Assembly (NCBI GenBank): GCA_963715985.1 | Contig: CAVQSP010000014.1 | Span: 480,001-544,000 of the forward strand | Direction: 5' to 3' | Length of the DNA: 64,000 nucleotides | Source of the DNA: an uncultured Thermoleophilia bacterium | GTDB taxonomy: Bacteria; Actinomycetota; Thermoleophilia; UBA2241 | Part shown: in pieces, positions 1-11,640 of the stretch | How the letters are laid out: each line of letters begins with the position of its first letter | Position numbering within the stretch: the first letter of the stretch is position 1 | Notes under the pieces: model-generated | Seen by the model: only the letters and a program-made list of their open reading frames with translations | What the model was told of the DNA's origin: nothing | The model's database searches: none | Program-made: the position numbers and the translations under genes

Positions 1-188
1 TCGTGCCGGTGCTCACCATCGCCTTCAGCGAGCCTTTGCCCTACGAGATCGCCGCCGTGCTGGTGGCCGTCGTCGTGTGGTGGGCGCACCGCGGCAACAT
101 CCAGCGTCTGGCGAAGGGCACCGAGAACCGCGTGCGGCTGCCGTGGTCGCGCGACCACCAGGCCGTTGCCGGCGGCGGAGGCGCGTGA
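1..188 (+). CDS. plsY: glycerol-3-phosphate acyltransferase PlsY, 3' end (partial)
   Basis: Hydrophobic C-terminus with HRGNIQRL (HxxNIxRL) motif, directly upstream of gpsA. Confidence 0.8.
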   Translation, partial: VPVLTIAFSEPLPYEIAAVLVAVVVWWAHRGNIQRLAKGTENRVRLPWSRDHQAVAGGGGA

Positions 189-190
189 GC

Positions 191-1192
191 ATGGAGATCA
201 CCGTCGTCGGGTCGGGCAGCTGGGGCAGCGCCTTTTCGCGGCTGTTGGCGCGCCGCGGGCACGTGGTGCAGGTGCTCACGCTCACGGCCGGGGAAGCCGC
301 CCAGCTGAACGCGACCCACGAGAACCCGCACTTCCTGCCGGGAGTGACCCTGCCCGCCGAGGTGCGCTTCGTGGCCATGGCGGATGCCGACGTGTCGGCG
401 GCGGAGCTCGTCGTATACGCCGTGCCCACGCAGCACGTGCGCGAGGTGGCGCGCTGGGCAGCTCCTCGTCGCGCCTCGACCTCACTGCAACTCTCCCTGG
501 CCAAGGGCTACGAGCTGGGCACGCTCAAGCGGCCGACGCAGGTCATCGAAGAGGAGACGGGCTCGCCTGCGGCGGCCCTCTCCGGCCCCAACCACGCGGA
601 GGAGGTCGGCAGGGACATGCCGTCGGCCACCGTGATCGCCGCCGCCGACGAGGCCATGGCGCTCACCCTTCAGGCGGCCGTGACCAGCGACACCTTTCGC
701 GTGTACAGCAACGACGACGTCGTGGGGGTCGAGTTCTGCGGCGCGGCCAAGAACCCCATCGCCGTGGCCGTCGGCATGTCGGACGGTCTGGGGTTCGGCG
801 ACAACTCGCGCGCCGGCCTCATCACGCGCAGCGTCGCGGAGATGACGCGGCTGGGCGTGATCCAGGGCGCGCACATCGGCACCTTCATGGGCCTCGCCGG
901 CCTCGGCGACCTCATCGCCACCTGCACGTCGCGGCACAGCCGCAACCGTCTGGCCGGCGAGCTGCTGGCCAAGGGCGCCTCGCCGGCCGAGGTGGAGGCC
1001 GAGGTGGGCCAGGTCGTGGAGGGCATCCCCACGGCGTACGCCCTCCACGACCTGGCCGGCCGCCTCGGCATCGACATGCCGGTCACCGAGAACGTCTACC
1101 AGGTGCTCGAGGGCCGGCGCACGCCGCAGGAGAGCGTGGCCGATCTCATGGGCCGTGCGCCCAAGAAGGAGCGGCACGATCAGGAAGCATAG
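191..1192 (+). CDS. gpsA: NAD(P)H-dependent glycerol-3-phosphate dehydrogenase
   Basis: GSGSWG Rossmann motif, LSGPNHAEEV, GAAKNPIA, GLGDLIATCTSRHSRN, EG motif; ATG at 191. Confidence 0.95.
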   Translation: MEITVVGSGSWGSAFSRLLARRGHVVQVLTLTAGEAAQLNATHENPHFLPGVTLPAEVRFVAMADADVSAAELVVYAVPTQHVREVARWAAPRRASTSLQLSLAKGYELGTLKRPTQVIEEETGSPAAALSGPNHAEEVGRDMPSATVIAAADEAMALTLQAAVTSDTFRVYSNDDVVGVEFCGAAKNPIAVAVGMSDGLGFGDNSRAGLITRSVAEMTRLGVIQGAHIGTFMGLAGLGDLIATCTSRHSRNRLAGELLAKGASPAEVEAEVGQVVEGIPTAYALHDLAGRLGIDMPVTENVYQVLEGRRTPQESVADLMGRAPKKERHDQEA

Positions 1193-1272
1193 GAGGCTCC
1201 GGCGCCGGGCGCCGTGAGGCGCGTCTCCCGAGAGTCAGCCTCCGCGCCACGTCTCGCGAAGGAGCTTGAGCG

Positions 1273-2317
1273 GTGACAAAGCCCAGCCTGTCTACACTCG
1301 CGGTCGCCCTGGCAGTCCGCAGCTCTGGCTCTCATCGCCCCTGCGCTCGCGGCAGCCGTGCCTCCGCCGCCGGGGTCGCCCGTGTCCGCCGACCCGGACA
1401 AGCCCAACCCCGTCGGCGTCAGGGACGTGCGCAAGGGCATCGCTCCCGGCGATCCCGCGCCCGGACGCCCCGGCCGGACCGCGGCCGCTGTGCGACAGGA
1501 CAGGATCCTCACCGTCCTCGTGGAGTTCGCCGGCACGGACAACGTGGACGGCACCACGTACTCAGGGCCGTTGCACAACCACATCCCCGAGCCCGAGGCC
1601 GGCGACGACGTCACCTACTGGATCCCCGACTTCTCGGCCGCTCACTACCGGGAGATGCTCTTCGGCACCGCGCCCGGAGCGCGCTCGATGTCCACGTACT
1701 TCCTCCAGCAGTCGGGGGGCACGTTCACGGTCGGGGGCGACATCTACGGGTGGGTCGAGATCCCCCACTCGGAGGCGTACTACCGCGCCGCCGGCGGGGC
1801 CCGCATGCCCGAGCTGGTGAGGAACGCGGTGCAGGCGCTGGGCGACACCGTCCCCTGGGCGCACTACGACGCGGACCACGACGGGCTGGTCGACCACATC
1901 CAGTTCGTCCACGCCGGCGCCGAGATCGCCGGCGGCTGGACCATCTGGGCGCACTCGTCCACGCTGGACCCGGTGGTGCCCACCGGGGTGGGAGGCGTGT
2001 CGGTGGGCCCGTACACCATCGAGCCGGAGAACGGCACCATCGGCGTCTTCTGCCACGAGTTCGCCCACGACCTGGGGTTGCCCGACCTCTACGACACCAC
2101 CAACGGCGGCGAGGCCAGCACGGGGTACTGGACCCTGATGAGCAGCGGGTCCTGGGTGGGTGCCAAGGGGGAGGCGCCGGGGACCGCGCCGCCCAGCCTG
2201 AGCCCGTGGGAGCGGGGCGAGTGCGGGCGGGCTGGTCACGGTGGACTACTCGAAGCCCGTGGCGGCGCCACGCTGAGCGCCGCCGCCGCGGTTCTCTCCG
2301 TCGTGACCGTCTGGTAG
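1273..2317 (+). CDS. secreted M6-family (immune inhibitor A-like) zinc metalloprotease, catalytic domain only; frameshifted near both ends
   Basis: [14 protein letters not shown] zincin motif, [26 protein letters not shown] Met-turn; signal-peptide-like N-terminus from GTG 1273 joins the 1358 frame via a shift near 1316; 3' end uncertain (2276-2317). Confidence 0.8.
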
Positions 2318-2436
2318 ACTCGCCTTCGGCTCGCGCCGTGCGCTTCGGCGTGCTCTCCGGGCGCCGCGCAGCCGCCAGACGCTCGCTTCAACCCGCGCCG
2401 GCACCCTCCGCGCCGTGCGCAGTTCCAGGAGGCACG

Positions 2437-3652
2437 GTGGAGAAGAGGAATCACCTGTTCACGTCGGAGTCGGTCACCGAAGGCCACCCCGACAAGCTCG
2501 CCGACCAGATCTCGGACTCTATCCTCGACGCCATCCTCGGCGAGGACCCCTACGGCCGCGTGGCCTGCGAGACGCTGGTCACCACCGGTCTCGCCTTCGT
2601 GGCCGGCGAGATCACCACGGAGTGCTACGTCGACATCCCCAAGATCGTCCGCGAGACGGTCAAGAACGTCGGCTACACCAACGCGCTCTACGGCTACGAC
2701 TACGAGACCTGCGGCGTCATGGTGGCCATCGACGAGCAGTCGCCGGACATCGGCCAGGGTGTCAGCAAGGCCCTGGAGGTTCGCACCGACGTCAATGACG
2801 ACGACGTGCTCGACTCGCAGGGCGCCGGTGACCAGGGCATGATGTTCGGCTTCGCCTGCACCGAGACGCCCGAGCTCATGCCGCTGCCCATCTCGCTGGC
2901 GCACAAGCTCGCGCACCGGCTCGCCGACGTGCGTAAGGCGGAGATCCTTCCCTACCTGCGCCCGGACGGCAAGTCACAGGTCACCGTGCGCTACGAGGAC
3001 GGCAAGCCGGTGGAGATCGTCAAGGTCGTGCTCGCCTCCCAGCACGCGGAGAGCGCCGACCTGCAGAGCATCATCTACCCGGACCTCATCGAGCACGTCG
3101 TGGAGCCGATCCTGCCCAAGACCATGTACGACGTGAACAAGATCGAGGACATCACCGTCATCAACGCCACCGGCAAGTTCGTCATCGGCGGGCCCATGGG
3201 CGACTGCGGCCTCACGGGCCGCAAGATCGTCGTGGACACGTACGGCGGCGCCGCGCCGCACGGCGGCGGCGCCTTCTCGGGCAAGGACCCCAGCAAGGTG
3301 GACCGCTCCGGCGCCTACGCCGCGCGCTACGTGGCCAAGAACATCGTGGCCGCCGGCCTCGCGGAGCGCTGCCAGGTGCAGGTGGCCTACGCCATCGGCG
3401 TCGCCCACCCGGTGTCGGTGATGGTCGACTGCGAAGGTACCAGAAGCCGTCGAGATCGCCCTCATCGAGCAGCTCATCAGCGAGCACTTCGACCTGCGTC
3501 CGGCCGCCATCCTTCGCGACCTGGACCTGCGCCGGCCCATCTACCGGAAGACGGCCGCCTACGGCCATTTCGGCCGCAACGACCACGACTTCACGTGGGA
3601 GCGTACCGACAAGGCCAAGGCTCTGCGCGCGGCCGCCGGCCTCAAGGATTGA
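2437..3652 (+). CDS. metK: S-adenosylmethionine synthetase (frameshift near 3441)
   Basis: [35 protein letters not shown]; AGGAGG RBS at 2427; C-terminus TAAYGHFGR continues in another frame to TGA 3650-3652. Confidence 0.95.
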
Positions 3653-3737
3653 GCGACGGAAGAAGACTCAACGACAGGTGCACCGCAGGGGCACACATCA
3701 TTGAGCCTCTCCGCGCACGCGAAGACGGCGGCGTAGC

Positions 3738-6118
3738 GTGAGCTACGCCGCCGTCTTTCCGCTGGTGCGCACGCGCGCCTTCTCGGGCGCCTTCGACTAC
3801 TCCATCCCGCCGGACCTGGAGGATCGCGTCCGGCCCGGCGTGCTCGTCGCCGTGCCCCTCGGCCCCCAGACGGTCATCGGCGTGGTGCTGGCGGTCGGCG
3901 ACTCCACCGCGCACACGGGCCGCGTCGTGCCTGTCCGCGACCTCCTCGACGTGCCGGCCATCCCCGCCGATCTGCTCGAGCTGGCCCGCGAGGTGGAGCG
4001 CTACTACCTCACGTCCTTCTCCGCGGCGCTGGCGCTCGTGTGCCCGCCGACGGGAGCCCTCAAGATCGTGCGCAGGTACGAGCTCACGCCGGCCGGCGAG
4101 GCCGCGCGGGCGGCGGGGGAGGAGGCTCTCGACGAGGTCGCCGGCTTGCGTCTGCCGGCGGGTTCCGCGACCAGGCTCGCGGAGAAGTACCGGCGCAAGG
4201 GCTGGCTGCGGATCTCTTACCGAGTACACATCGCGGGAGCCACGCCGGCGTGCCGCGAGCTCGCACGCGGCGACGTCACGCCGGCGCGCCTCGGCCCCAG
4301 GCAGCGCGCCGCCCTTGAGCTCGTGGAGAAGAGCGGGGTCGCCGACGATGTCACGGTGCGCGCCGCCACGGGGCTCTCTCTGCCTGGGCTGCGGCGCCTG
4401 CTGGACGCGGGGGCACTCGTCGAGAGCGCCGTCCTGGCTGCCGGCGTGGCGGACGGCGGCGGACCGGACGCTCCGGCCGGTCCGGCTGCGGCCCAGGCGG
4501 CTCGCCTGATCGCCTGCGCCACACTCACGGACGTCCCGGACCTGCTGCCCGAACAGCGCGCCGCGGCGCACACCGTGCTCTGCGAGGCGCGCCCCGGCGA
4601 GGAGGTCCTGCTGCACGGCGTGACCGGTAGCGGCAAGACCGAGGTGTACCTGCAGGCGGCCCAGGCCGCGCTGGAGGGCGGTCGTTCGGTGCTCTTCCTG
4701 GTCCCGGAGATCGGGCTCACCGGCCAGACGGTGGCGCGCGTGCATGAGCGCTTCTCGCTGCACAAGGTGGCCGTGCTGCACTCCGGGCTCACGGCCCGCG
4801 AGCGGCTGCTCTCCTACCGCGCCATCGCCGCCGGCGAGGTGCGCATCGTGGTGGGGGCGCGGTCGGCGGTGTTCGCGCCGCTGCAGGACCTCGCGCTCGT
4901 GGTCGTGGACGAAGAGCACGACACCAGCTACAAGCAGGAGAGTGAGCCCGCCTACGACGCGCGCACGGTGGCGCGCTGGCGGGCGGCGCGCAGCGGCGCC
5001 GTGGTCGTGCTCGGCTCCGCCACCCCCAGCGTGGAGGCGTACGCGCGCGTGCACGCTGCACGCCGACCTGCGCCTGCGCGTGGACGGCTCCACGCCGCCG
5101 GCCATGGAGATCGTCGACATGCGCGATCACCACGGCGTGTTCTCGCCGCAGCTCGCGGCGGCGCTGGCGGCGACCATCGACGCCGGCGACAAGGCCATCC
5201 TCTTCCTGAACCGCCGCGGCTTCGCCTCGTACCTGCTGTGCGACCACTGCGGCCACGCCTGGATGTGCCCGCGATTGCGACGTGACGCTCACCCTGTTCG
5301 GCGGGCAGCGGCTGCGCTGCCGCACCTGCGGGCACTCGGAGAGCGCGCCGGGCACATGCCCCGAGTGCGGCAGCGGCGACCTCGTGCGGCACGGTTTCGG
5401 CACGGAGCGTTTGGAGCGCGAGGTCCGCGAGCTGCTGCCGGGCGTCGAGCTCCTGCGCCTCGATTCGGACGTGGCCGCCTCCTACGGGCGCTTGCGCGCC
5501 GTACTCGACCAGTTCGCGGCGCCCGGGCCCAAGGTGCTGGTCGGCACGCAGATGATCGCCAAGGGCCATCACTTCCCCGACGTCACGCTCGTGGGCGTGG
5601 TCAACGCCGACCTCACCCTGCACTTCCCGGACTTCCGCGCCGAGGAGCACACGTTCGCGATGCTCGTGCAGGTAGCCGGCCGCAGCGGCCGCGGCGACCA
5701 TCCCGGGCGCGTGGTGGTGCAGACACTGAGCCCGGAGGCGCGTCCCATCGCCATGGCCGCCGCGGCGGAGGACGAGCGCTTCTACGCGGAGGAGCTGGAC
5801 CGCCGCCGCGAGCTCGGCTACCCGCCGGCGGGCTCGCTGGTGGCGCTGGAGCTCTCGGGCACGGACGAGGAGAAGGTGAGCGTGGCCGGCCGCTTCACGG
5901 CCGAGCGGCTCGCGGCGCGCCTCTCGCACGGCGAGAGCGTGCTCGGCCCGGGTCCCCTGTGGCGCGAGCGCGGCCGGCACGCCTGCCGGGTTGTAGTGAA
6001 GACGGCGCAAACCGGGCAGACTCTGGACAGTCTGCGCGCGTGGCTGGGCGCCAACCGCGACCGGTTCGCGGAGCGAGGTGTCAGGCTCGTGCCGGACGTC
6101 GACCCGCAGTGGCTCTGA
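3738..6118 (+). CDS. priA: primosomal protein N' (two frameshifts, near 5055 and 5278)
   Basis: [12 protein letters not shown] Walker A, VPEIGLT, DEEH, LNRRGF, CxxC zinc motifs, [25 protein letters not shown]. Confidence 0.93.
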
Positions 6119-6140
6119 CAGGCTGAGGTACCATACACAC

Positions 6141-6720
6141 ATGAGCGAGAACGCACAGAACGAACAGGAGCGCGCCGAGCTCACGCGTCGTGAGCGCGAG
6201 GCGCGCAGGGAGATACACGTCATCGGCGACCCGGTGCTGCGCGAGCGCGCGCGCGAGGTCGTGGACTTCGACCGCGGCCTGCGCAAGCTCGCCAAGCGCA
6301 TGATACGCGTGATGCACGACGCGCCGGGCGTGGGCCTCGCGGCTCCGCAGGTCGGCGTGCTGCAGCGGCTGCTGGTGTACGACGTGGACGAGGACCCGCA
6401 GGTGCTCGTGAACCCCGAGCTCGACGAGTTCTCGGACGAAGTGGAAGAGGCCGACGAGGGTTGCCTGAGCGTGCCGGGGCTCACGATGCCGGTGGAACGG
6501 CCGGTGAGCCTGCGGGTGCGCGCCGAAGGACGCCTACGGCGAGCCTCTGGAGTTTCGCGCCGAGGGGTTCGAGGCGCGAGTCATCCAGCACGAGTTCGAC
6601 CATCTCGAGGGTGTGCTCATCGTCGACCGCACCTCGCGCAGCGCCCGCGCCGCCGCCATGCGCTCCCTGCGCGAGCGCGAGAGTGCCGGTGTGACCGGCG
6701 CGGTCGGCGGGGGTCTGTGA
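6141..6720 (+). CDS. def: peptide deformylase (frameshift near 6525)
   Basis: GVGLAAPQVG, EGCLS and, after the shift, QHEFDHLEG. Confidence 0.93.
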
Positions 6721-7628
6721 GCGGTCCGCGCTACGTCTACGCCGGCACGGCGCCGTTCGCCGAGCTGGTGCTCGCGGGCCTGCTGCGCGCCGGCCGCGCG
6801 CCCGTGGCCGTGCTCACCAGCCCGGACCGCCCCAAGGGCCGTCACGGCACGCCGCAGCCTCCGGGCGTCAAGCTGGCGGCGCTCGAGCGCGGCCTTCCCG
6901 TCCTGCAGCCCGAGGCGGTGTCGTCTCCGGGTGCCGTGCGCGAGCTGCTGAGCTTCGAGCCGCAGGTCCTGGCCGTGTGCGCCTACGGGCAGATCGTCGC
7001 CCAGGGCCTGCTGGACGAGCTGCCCGTCGTCGTCGTGCATCCGTCGCTGGTGCCTCGCTGGCGAGGCGCCGCGCCGGTCGAGCGCGCCCTCATGGCCGGG
7101 GAGACCGAGCTCGGCGTGACCACGCTCAAGATGACGGCGGGCGTCGACGAGGGACCGGTGGGTGACACCCGGCTGGTGCACGTGCCCGCCGACGCGGACG
7201 CGGGGCGCGCGTACCAGCTGCTCGCTCCGGCCGCCGTGGACGGCCTCATCGCGACGCTTGACGGCGTCGCGGCCGGGACCGTGAGCTGGGCGGAGCAGCG
7301 CGGCACGCCGAGCTACGCCGACAAGATCGGCCCGGACGACAAGATCATCGACTGGACCCGCGCGGCGCGGGACATCGTCAACCAGATTCGCGCCCTCTCT
7401 CCGCACATCGGCGCCGTCACCGAGCTGCTGGGCACGCGCACGCGGGTGTGGCGCGCGGCCGTGGGGGAAGGTCCGCAGCCTGAGCCCGGTCCCGCGCACC
7501 TGGCACTGCCCGCCGGCGACGGCTGGGTGGATGTGTTCGAGGTGCAGCAGGACGGCCGCGCGCGCGTGAGCGCCGCGGAGTTCCTCCGCGGCGCCGGCCG
7601 CGCGCTGGCGTCGAGGCCGGCTCCATGA
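6717..7628 (+). CDS. fmt: methionyl-tRNA formyltransferase
   Basis: YAGTAPFA, PDRPKGR, AYGQI, HPSLVPRWRGAAP, D-x-G; GTGA overlap with def. Confidence 0.9.
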   Translation: MSGPRYVYAGTAPFAELVLAGLLRAGRAPVAVLTSPDRPKGRHGTPQPPGVKLAALERGLPVLQPEAVSSPGAVRELLSFEPQVLAVCAYGQIVAQGLLDELPVVVVHPSLVPRWRGAAPVERALMAGETELGVTTLKMTAGVDEGPVGDTRLVHVPADADAGRAYQLLAPAAVDGLIATLDGVAAGTVSWAEQRGTPSYADKIGPDDKIIDWTRAARDIVNQIRALSPHIGAVTELLGTRTRVWRAAVGEGPQPEPGPAHLALPAGDGWVDVFEVQQDGRARVSAAEFLRGAGRALASRPAP

Positions 7629-8990
7629 CCGCCACCGGGCCGGGCGGGGTGAGCCCGGCGCGGGCCGCCGCCTGGCAGGCGCTGCTGCGCCTGCGCGCCG
7701 GCGGCGGGCGCTTCGACGATTCGCTCGCGGCGCTGCCCGAGCTGGAGGCGCTCGCCGACCGCGACAGGGCGCTTGCCAACGAGCTCGTGGTCGGCACCGT
7801 CAAACGCCGCGGCATCTGTGGACGCGGTGCTCGCTGAGTTCACCAACGCGCCTCTGTCGCGCACCGATCCGCGCGTCCTCGAGGCTCTGAGGCTCGCCGC
7901 CTTCCAGCTGCTCTTTCTCGACCGGGTGCCCGCGTATGCCGTCGTGGACGACGCCGTGGCGCAGGTCGGCGGACGCGGACGCAAGACGCAGGGCTTCGTC
8001 AACGCGGTGCTGCGGCAGGTGGCCGCAGAGGGGAGGACGCGCCTGGCCGCCCTCGGCGAGGGCGACGGGGCGCGCGCGTGGTCGGTGCGCTACTCCTGCC
8101 CCGTCTGGCTGGTCAAGCTGCTGCGGCGGGAGCTCGGCGACGCCGCGGCTGCCGGTTTCCTGGCAGCCGCGATCGCGCCGCCGGAACGTTGCCTGCGGGT
8201 GAACACGCTCAAGACCGGCGAGGCGGCGGCGCGGGCGGCGCTGGCCGCCGCCGGCTTCGCCGTGCAGGGCGTTCTCGGCCTGCCGGCCGGGCTCGTGTAC
8301 GAGGGACCGCCGCTGGAGCGGTCGCAGCCGTTCCGCGACGGCCTCGTGACGCCGCAGTCGCGCGGCTCCCAGGTCGCCGGTCTCGTGGCCGCCACCGCGC
8401 CGGGCGGCGGCGGCGACGTGCTGGACCTGTGCGCGGCGCCGGGCACCAAGACCGCCCAGCTCGCCGCCGCCCTCCCGCAGGCCCGCCTCACGGCCGTGGA
8501 CGTCGACGAGGCGCGCCTGGAGGCCATGCGCGCCAACCTCGCCCGTCTGGGGGCGGACCACGTCGAGGCGGTCGCCGCCGATGCGCTGGAGCTCCCGGCG
8601 TCGTTCGAGGCGGCCTTCGACTCCGTTCTGCTGGACGCGCCGTGCAGCGGCCTGGGCACGCTGGCCTCGCGGGCCGACCTGCGCTGGCGGCGGCGCGAGG
8701 CCGACGTGGACCGTCTCGCCCAGCTCCAGCGCCGCCTGATCCGCCGGGCGGCCGCCTGCGTGCGGCCCGGCGGCGCGCTCACCTACGCCGTGTGCACCCT
8801 GCCCCGCGCCGAGACCGTGGACGTGGTGGACACCCTCCTCGCGCAGGGAGGGTGGGGCCTCGACGACCTCGGCGCCGCCTGGCCGGAGCTGCGGCACCCC
8901 GCCGCCGGCGGCTGCCTGCTCGTGCTGCCGCCGGAGCACGGCTCCAGCGGCTTCTTCGTCGCCCGGCTGCGCCGCCGACCCGCGGGGTAG
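7625..8990 (+). CDS. rsmB: 16S rRNA m5C967 methyltransferase RsmB/Sun (frameshift near 7815)
   Basis: NusB-like N-terminus (GFVNAVLR), LDLCAAPGTKT, LDAPCSGLG, YAVCT, GFFVARL. Confidence 0.88.
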
Positions 8991-9041
8991 AATGAGTGCG
9001 GCGCCGGGACCGGCGCCGCCCCGGCTCGCGGAGGGAACGCC

Positions 9042-9722
<681 letters not shown>

Positions 9723-9740
9723 TCGACACGGACCATCAAG

Positions 9741-9854
9741 CTGCTTCGGGGCGGGGTGAGACTCCCCACCGGCGGTAACAGCCCGCGAGCCTCCTCGGAG
9801 GCCGACCAGGTGGAACTCCTGGGCCGACGGTCACAGTCCGGATGAGAGAAGCAG
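9741..9854 (+). ncRNA. FMN riboswitch (RFN element)
   Basis: CTTCGGGGCGGGGTGAGACTCCCCACCGGCGGTAACAGCCCGCGA...GACCAGGTGGAACTCCTGGGCCGACGGTCACAGTCCGGATGAGAGAAG matches the RFN consensus; directly upstream of the rib operon. Confidence 0.95.
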
Positions 9855-9911
9855 ATCGCGCCTGTGTGCGCGTCGCACGCCCTGGAGCCTGTCTTCAGGG
9901 CGTTGGTGTCT

Positions 9912-11001
9912 GTGGACGACGACACGTACATGGCGCAGGCCTTCGAGCTGGCCGAGAGAGGCCGCGGCTACACGCACCCAAACCCGCTGGTCGGCGCCGT
10001 GCTGGTGCGTGACGGGCAGGATCGTGGGCAGCGGCTCTCACCTGGGGCTCGGCGAGGCGCACGCCGAGGCGGTGGCACTCGCCGCGGCCGGCGAGCTGGC
10101 CCGCGGCGCCACGCTCTACTGCACCCTCGAGCCCTGCGGCCACCAGGGGCATACGCCGCCCTGCGCCGACGCGGTGGTGGCGGCCGGCGTGGCGAGGGCG
10201 GTCGTCGCCCTTCGCGACCCCAATCCGCTGGTGGACGGCGCCGGTCTGCAACGATTGCGCGACGGCGGCGTGGAGGTCGACCTGGGCGAGGAGAGGTGGG
10301 GGGCGCGTGCTCGCGCGCAGAACGCGCCCTTCATGAAGTTCCACGCCAGCGGCCTGCCGCTGGTCACCTACAAGGCTGCGATCTCGCTGGACGGCAAGGT
10401 CGCCGCCGCCGGCGGCGACGCGCGCTGGATCAGCTGTCTCGACAGCCGCCGCGCCGTGCACCAGCTGCGCGCGGCTGTGGACGCCGTGCTGGTCGGCGCC
10501 GGCACCGTACGGCGCGACGATCCTGAGCTCACCGTGCGCCTCAGCGAGGGACGCGACCCTGTACGCGTCGTCGTGACGCACGACGGCTGGCTGCCGGAGG
10601 ACGCCAAGGTGCTGGCCACGGCTCGCGAGGTGCCCACGATCGTCCTGGCGGAGACGGCTGCGGCGCCGGCCCGCCGCCTGCTGGCGGCCCGCGGCGCCGA
10701 GCTCATCGAGTTCGGCGCGGGCGGCCTGCGCGCCGCGCTGACGGCGCTCGCCGGCCGCGGCCTCCTGGACATCCTCTGCGAGGGCGGTCCCACCCTGGCC
10801 GGCGCGCTGCTCGCCGACGGCCTCGTGGACCGCCTCCTGCTCTTCGTGGCGCCGCTCGTGGTCGGGCGCGGCGCGCCCGACCTGTTCGCGGCGCCGGCCG
10901 TCGGCTCCGTGGCGGAGGCCTGGCGCCTGCGGGACGTTGAGTGGCGGGCCGTATGCGACGACCTCATGCTGAGCGGCACGCTCGTCACCGGGGGGCGCTG
11001 A
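9912..11001 (+). CDS. ribD: bifunctional pyrimidine deaminase/reductase RibD (frameshift near 10018)
   Basis: HPNPLVGAV, HAE, TLEPCxHxxxTPPC, SLDGK, DDPELT, EGG; exact start uncertain. Confidence 0.92.
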
Positions 11002-11640
11002 GTGTTCACCGGCATCGTCGAGGAGGTGGGGGAGCTGCGCAGCCTGAGAGTGGGTGAGCGCAGCGCCGTGCTGGACGTCACCGCCGCCGTCGTCACGCAC
11101 GAGCTCGCCGTCGGCGACAGCGTGCTCACCGACGGGGTGTGCCTCACTGTGACCTCGCTGCGCACCGGCGGCTTCACCGCCGACGTCATGCCGGAGACGG
11201 TGCGCCGGACCACGCTCGCCGACCGGCGCCCCGGCGACCGCCTGAACCTCGAGCGTGCCCTCACCCTGAGGTCCCGTCTCGGGGGGCACCTCGTGAGCGG
11301 CCACATCGACGGCGTGGGCCAGGTCGCCTCGGTCACGCCGGAGGGCAACGCCCTGGTGGTGGCCCTGGAGGCGCCGGCTGTCGTGAGCGACGTCTCGGTG
11401 GCGCAAGGCTCCGTGGCCGTGGACGGCGTGAGCCTCACCATCGTCGCCGTCGAGGGGCGGCGCCTCACCGTGTCACTCATCCCGCACACCGCCGCCGCCA
11501 CCACGCTCTCGCGGCTGGCGCCGAGGGTGCGGGTCAATCTGGAAGCTGACCTGATCGCCAAGTACGTGTACGCGTTCGTCGCCGGCCGCAAGCCGGAGGG
11601 CGGGCTCACCTGGGAGAGACTTGCGGAAGCGGGGTTCTGA
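11002..11640 (+). CDS. ribE: riboflavin synthase alpha chain
   Basis: MFTGIVEEVG start, DGVCLT, NLE, GGHLVSGHIDG, DGVSLT. Confidence 0.95.
   Translation: MFTGIVEEVGELRSLRVGERSAVLDVTAAVVTHELAVGDSVLTDGVCLTVTSLRTGGFTADVMPETVRRTTLADRRPGDRLNLERALTLRSRLGGHLVSGHIDGVGQVASVTPEGNALVVALEAPAVVSDVSVAQGSVAVDGVSLTIVAVEGRRLTVSLIPHTAAATTLSRLAPRVRVNLEADLIAKYVYAFVAGRKPEGGLTWERLAEAGF

Noticed and set aside
2318-2436. Possible SAM riboswitch upstream of metK
   Set aside because: No SAM-I/IV core (ATC..GAG...GCAACC...GTGC) arrangement could be recognised.
1273-3741. Long ORF-track fusions (protease-metK 1273-3741, def-fmt 6078-7628)
   Set aside because: These are read-through of GC-rich off-frame sequence across indels. 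Each real gene has its own RBS and start.
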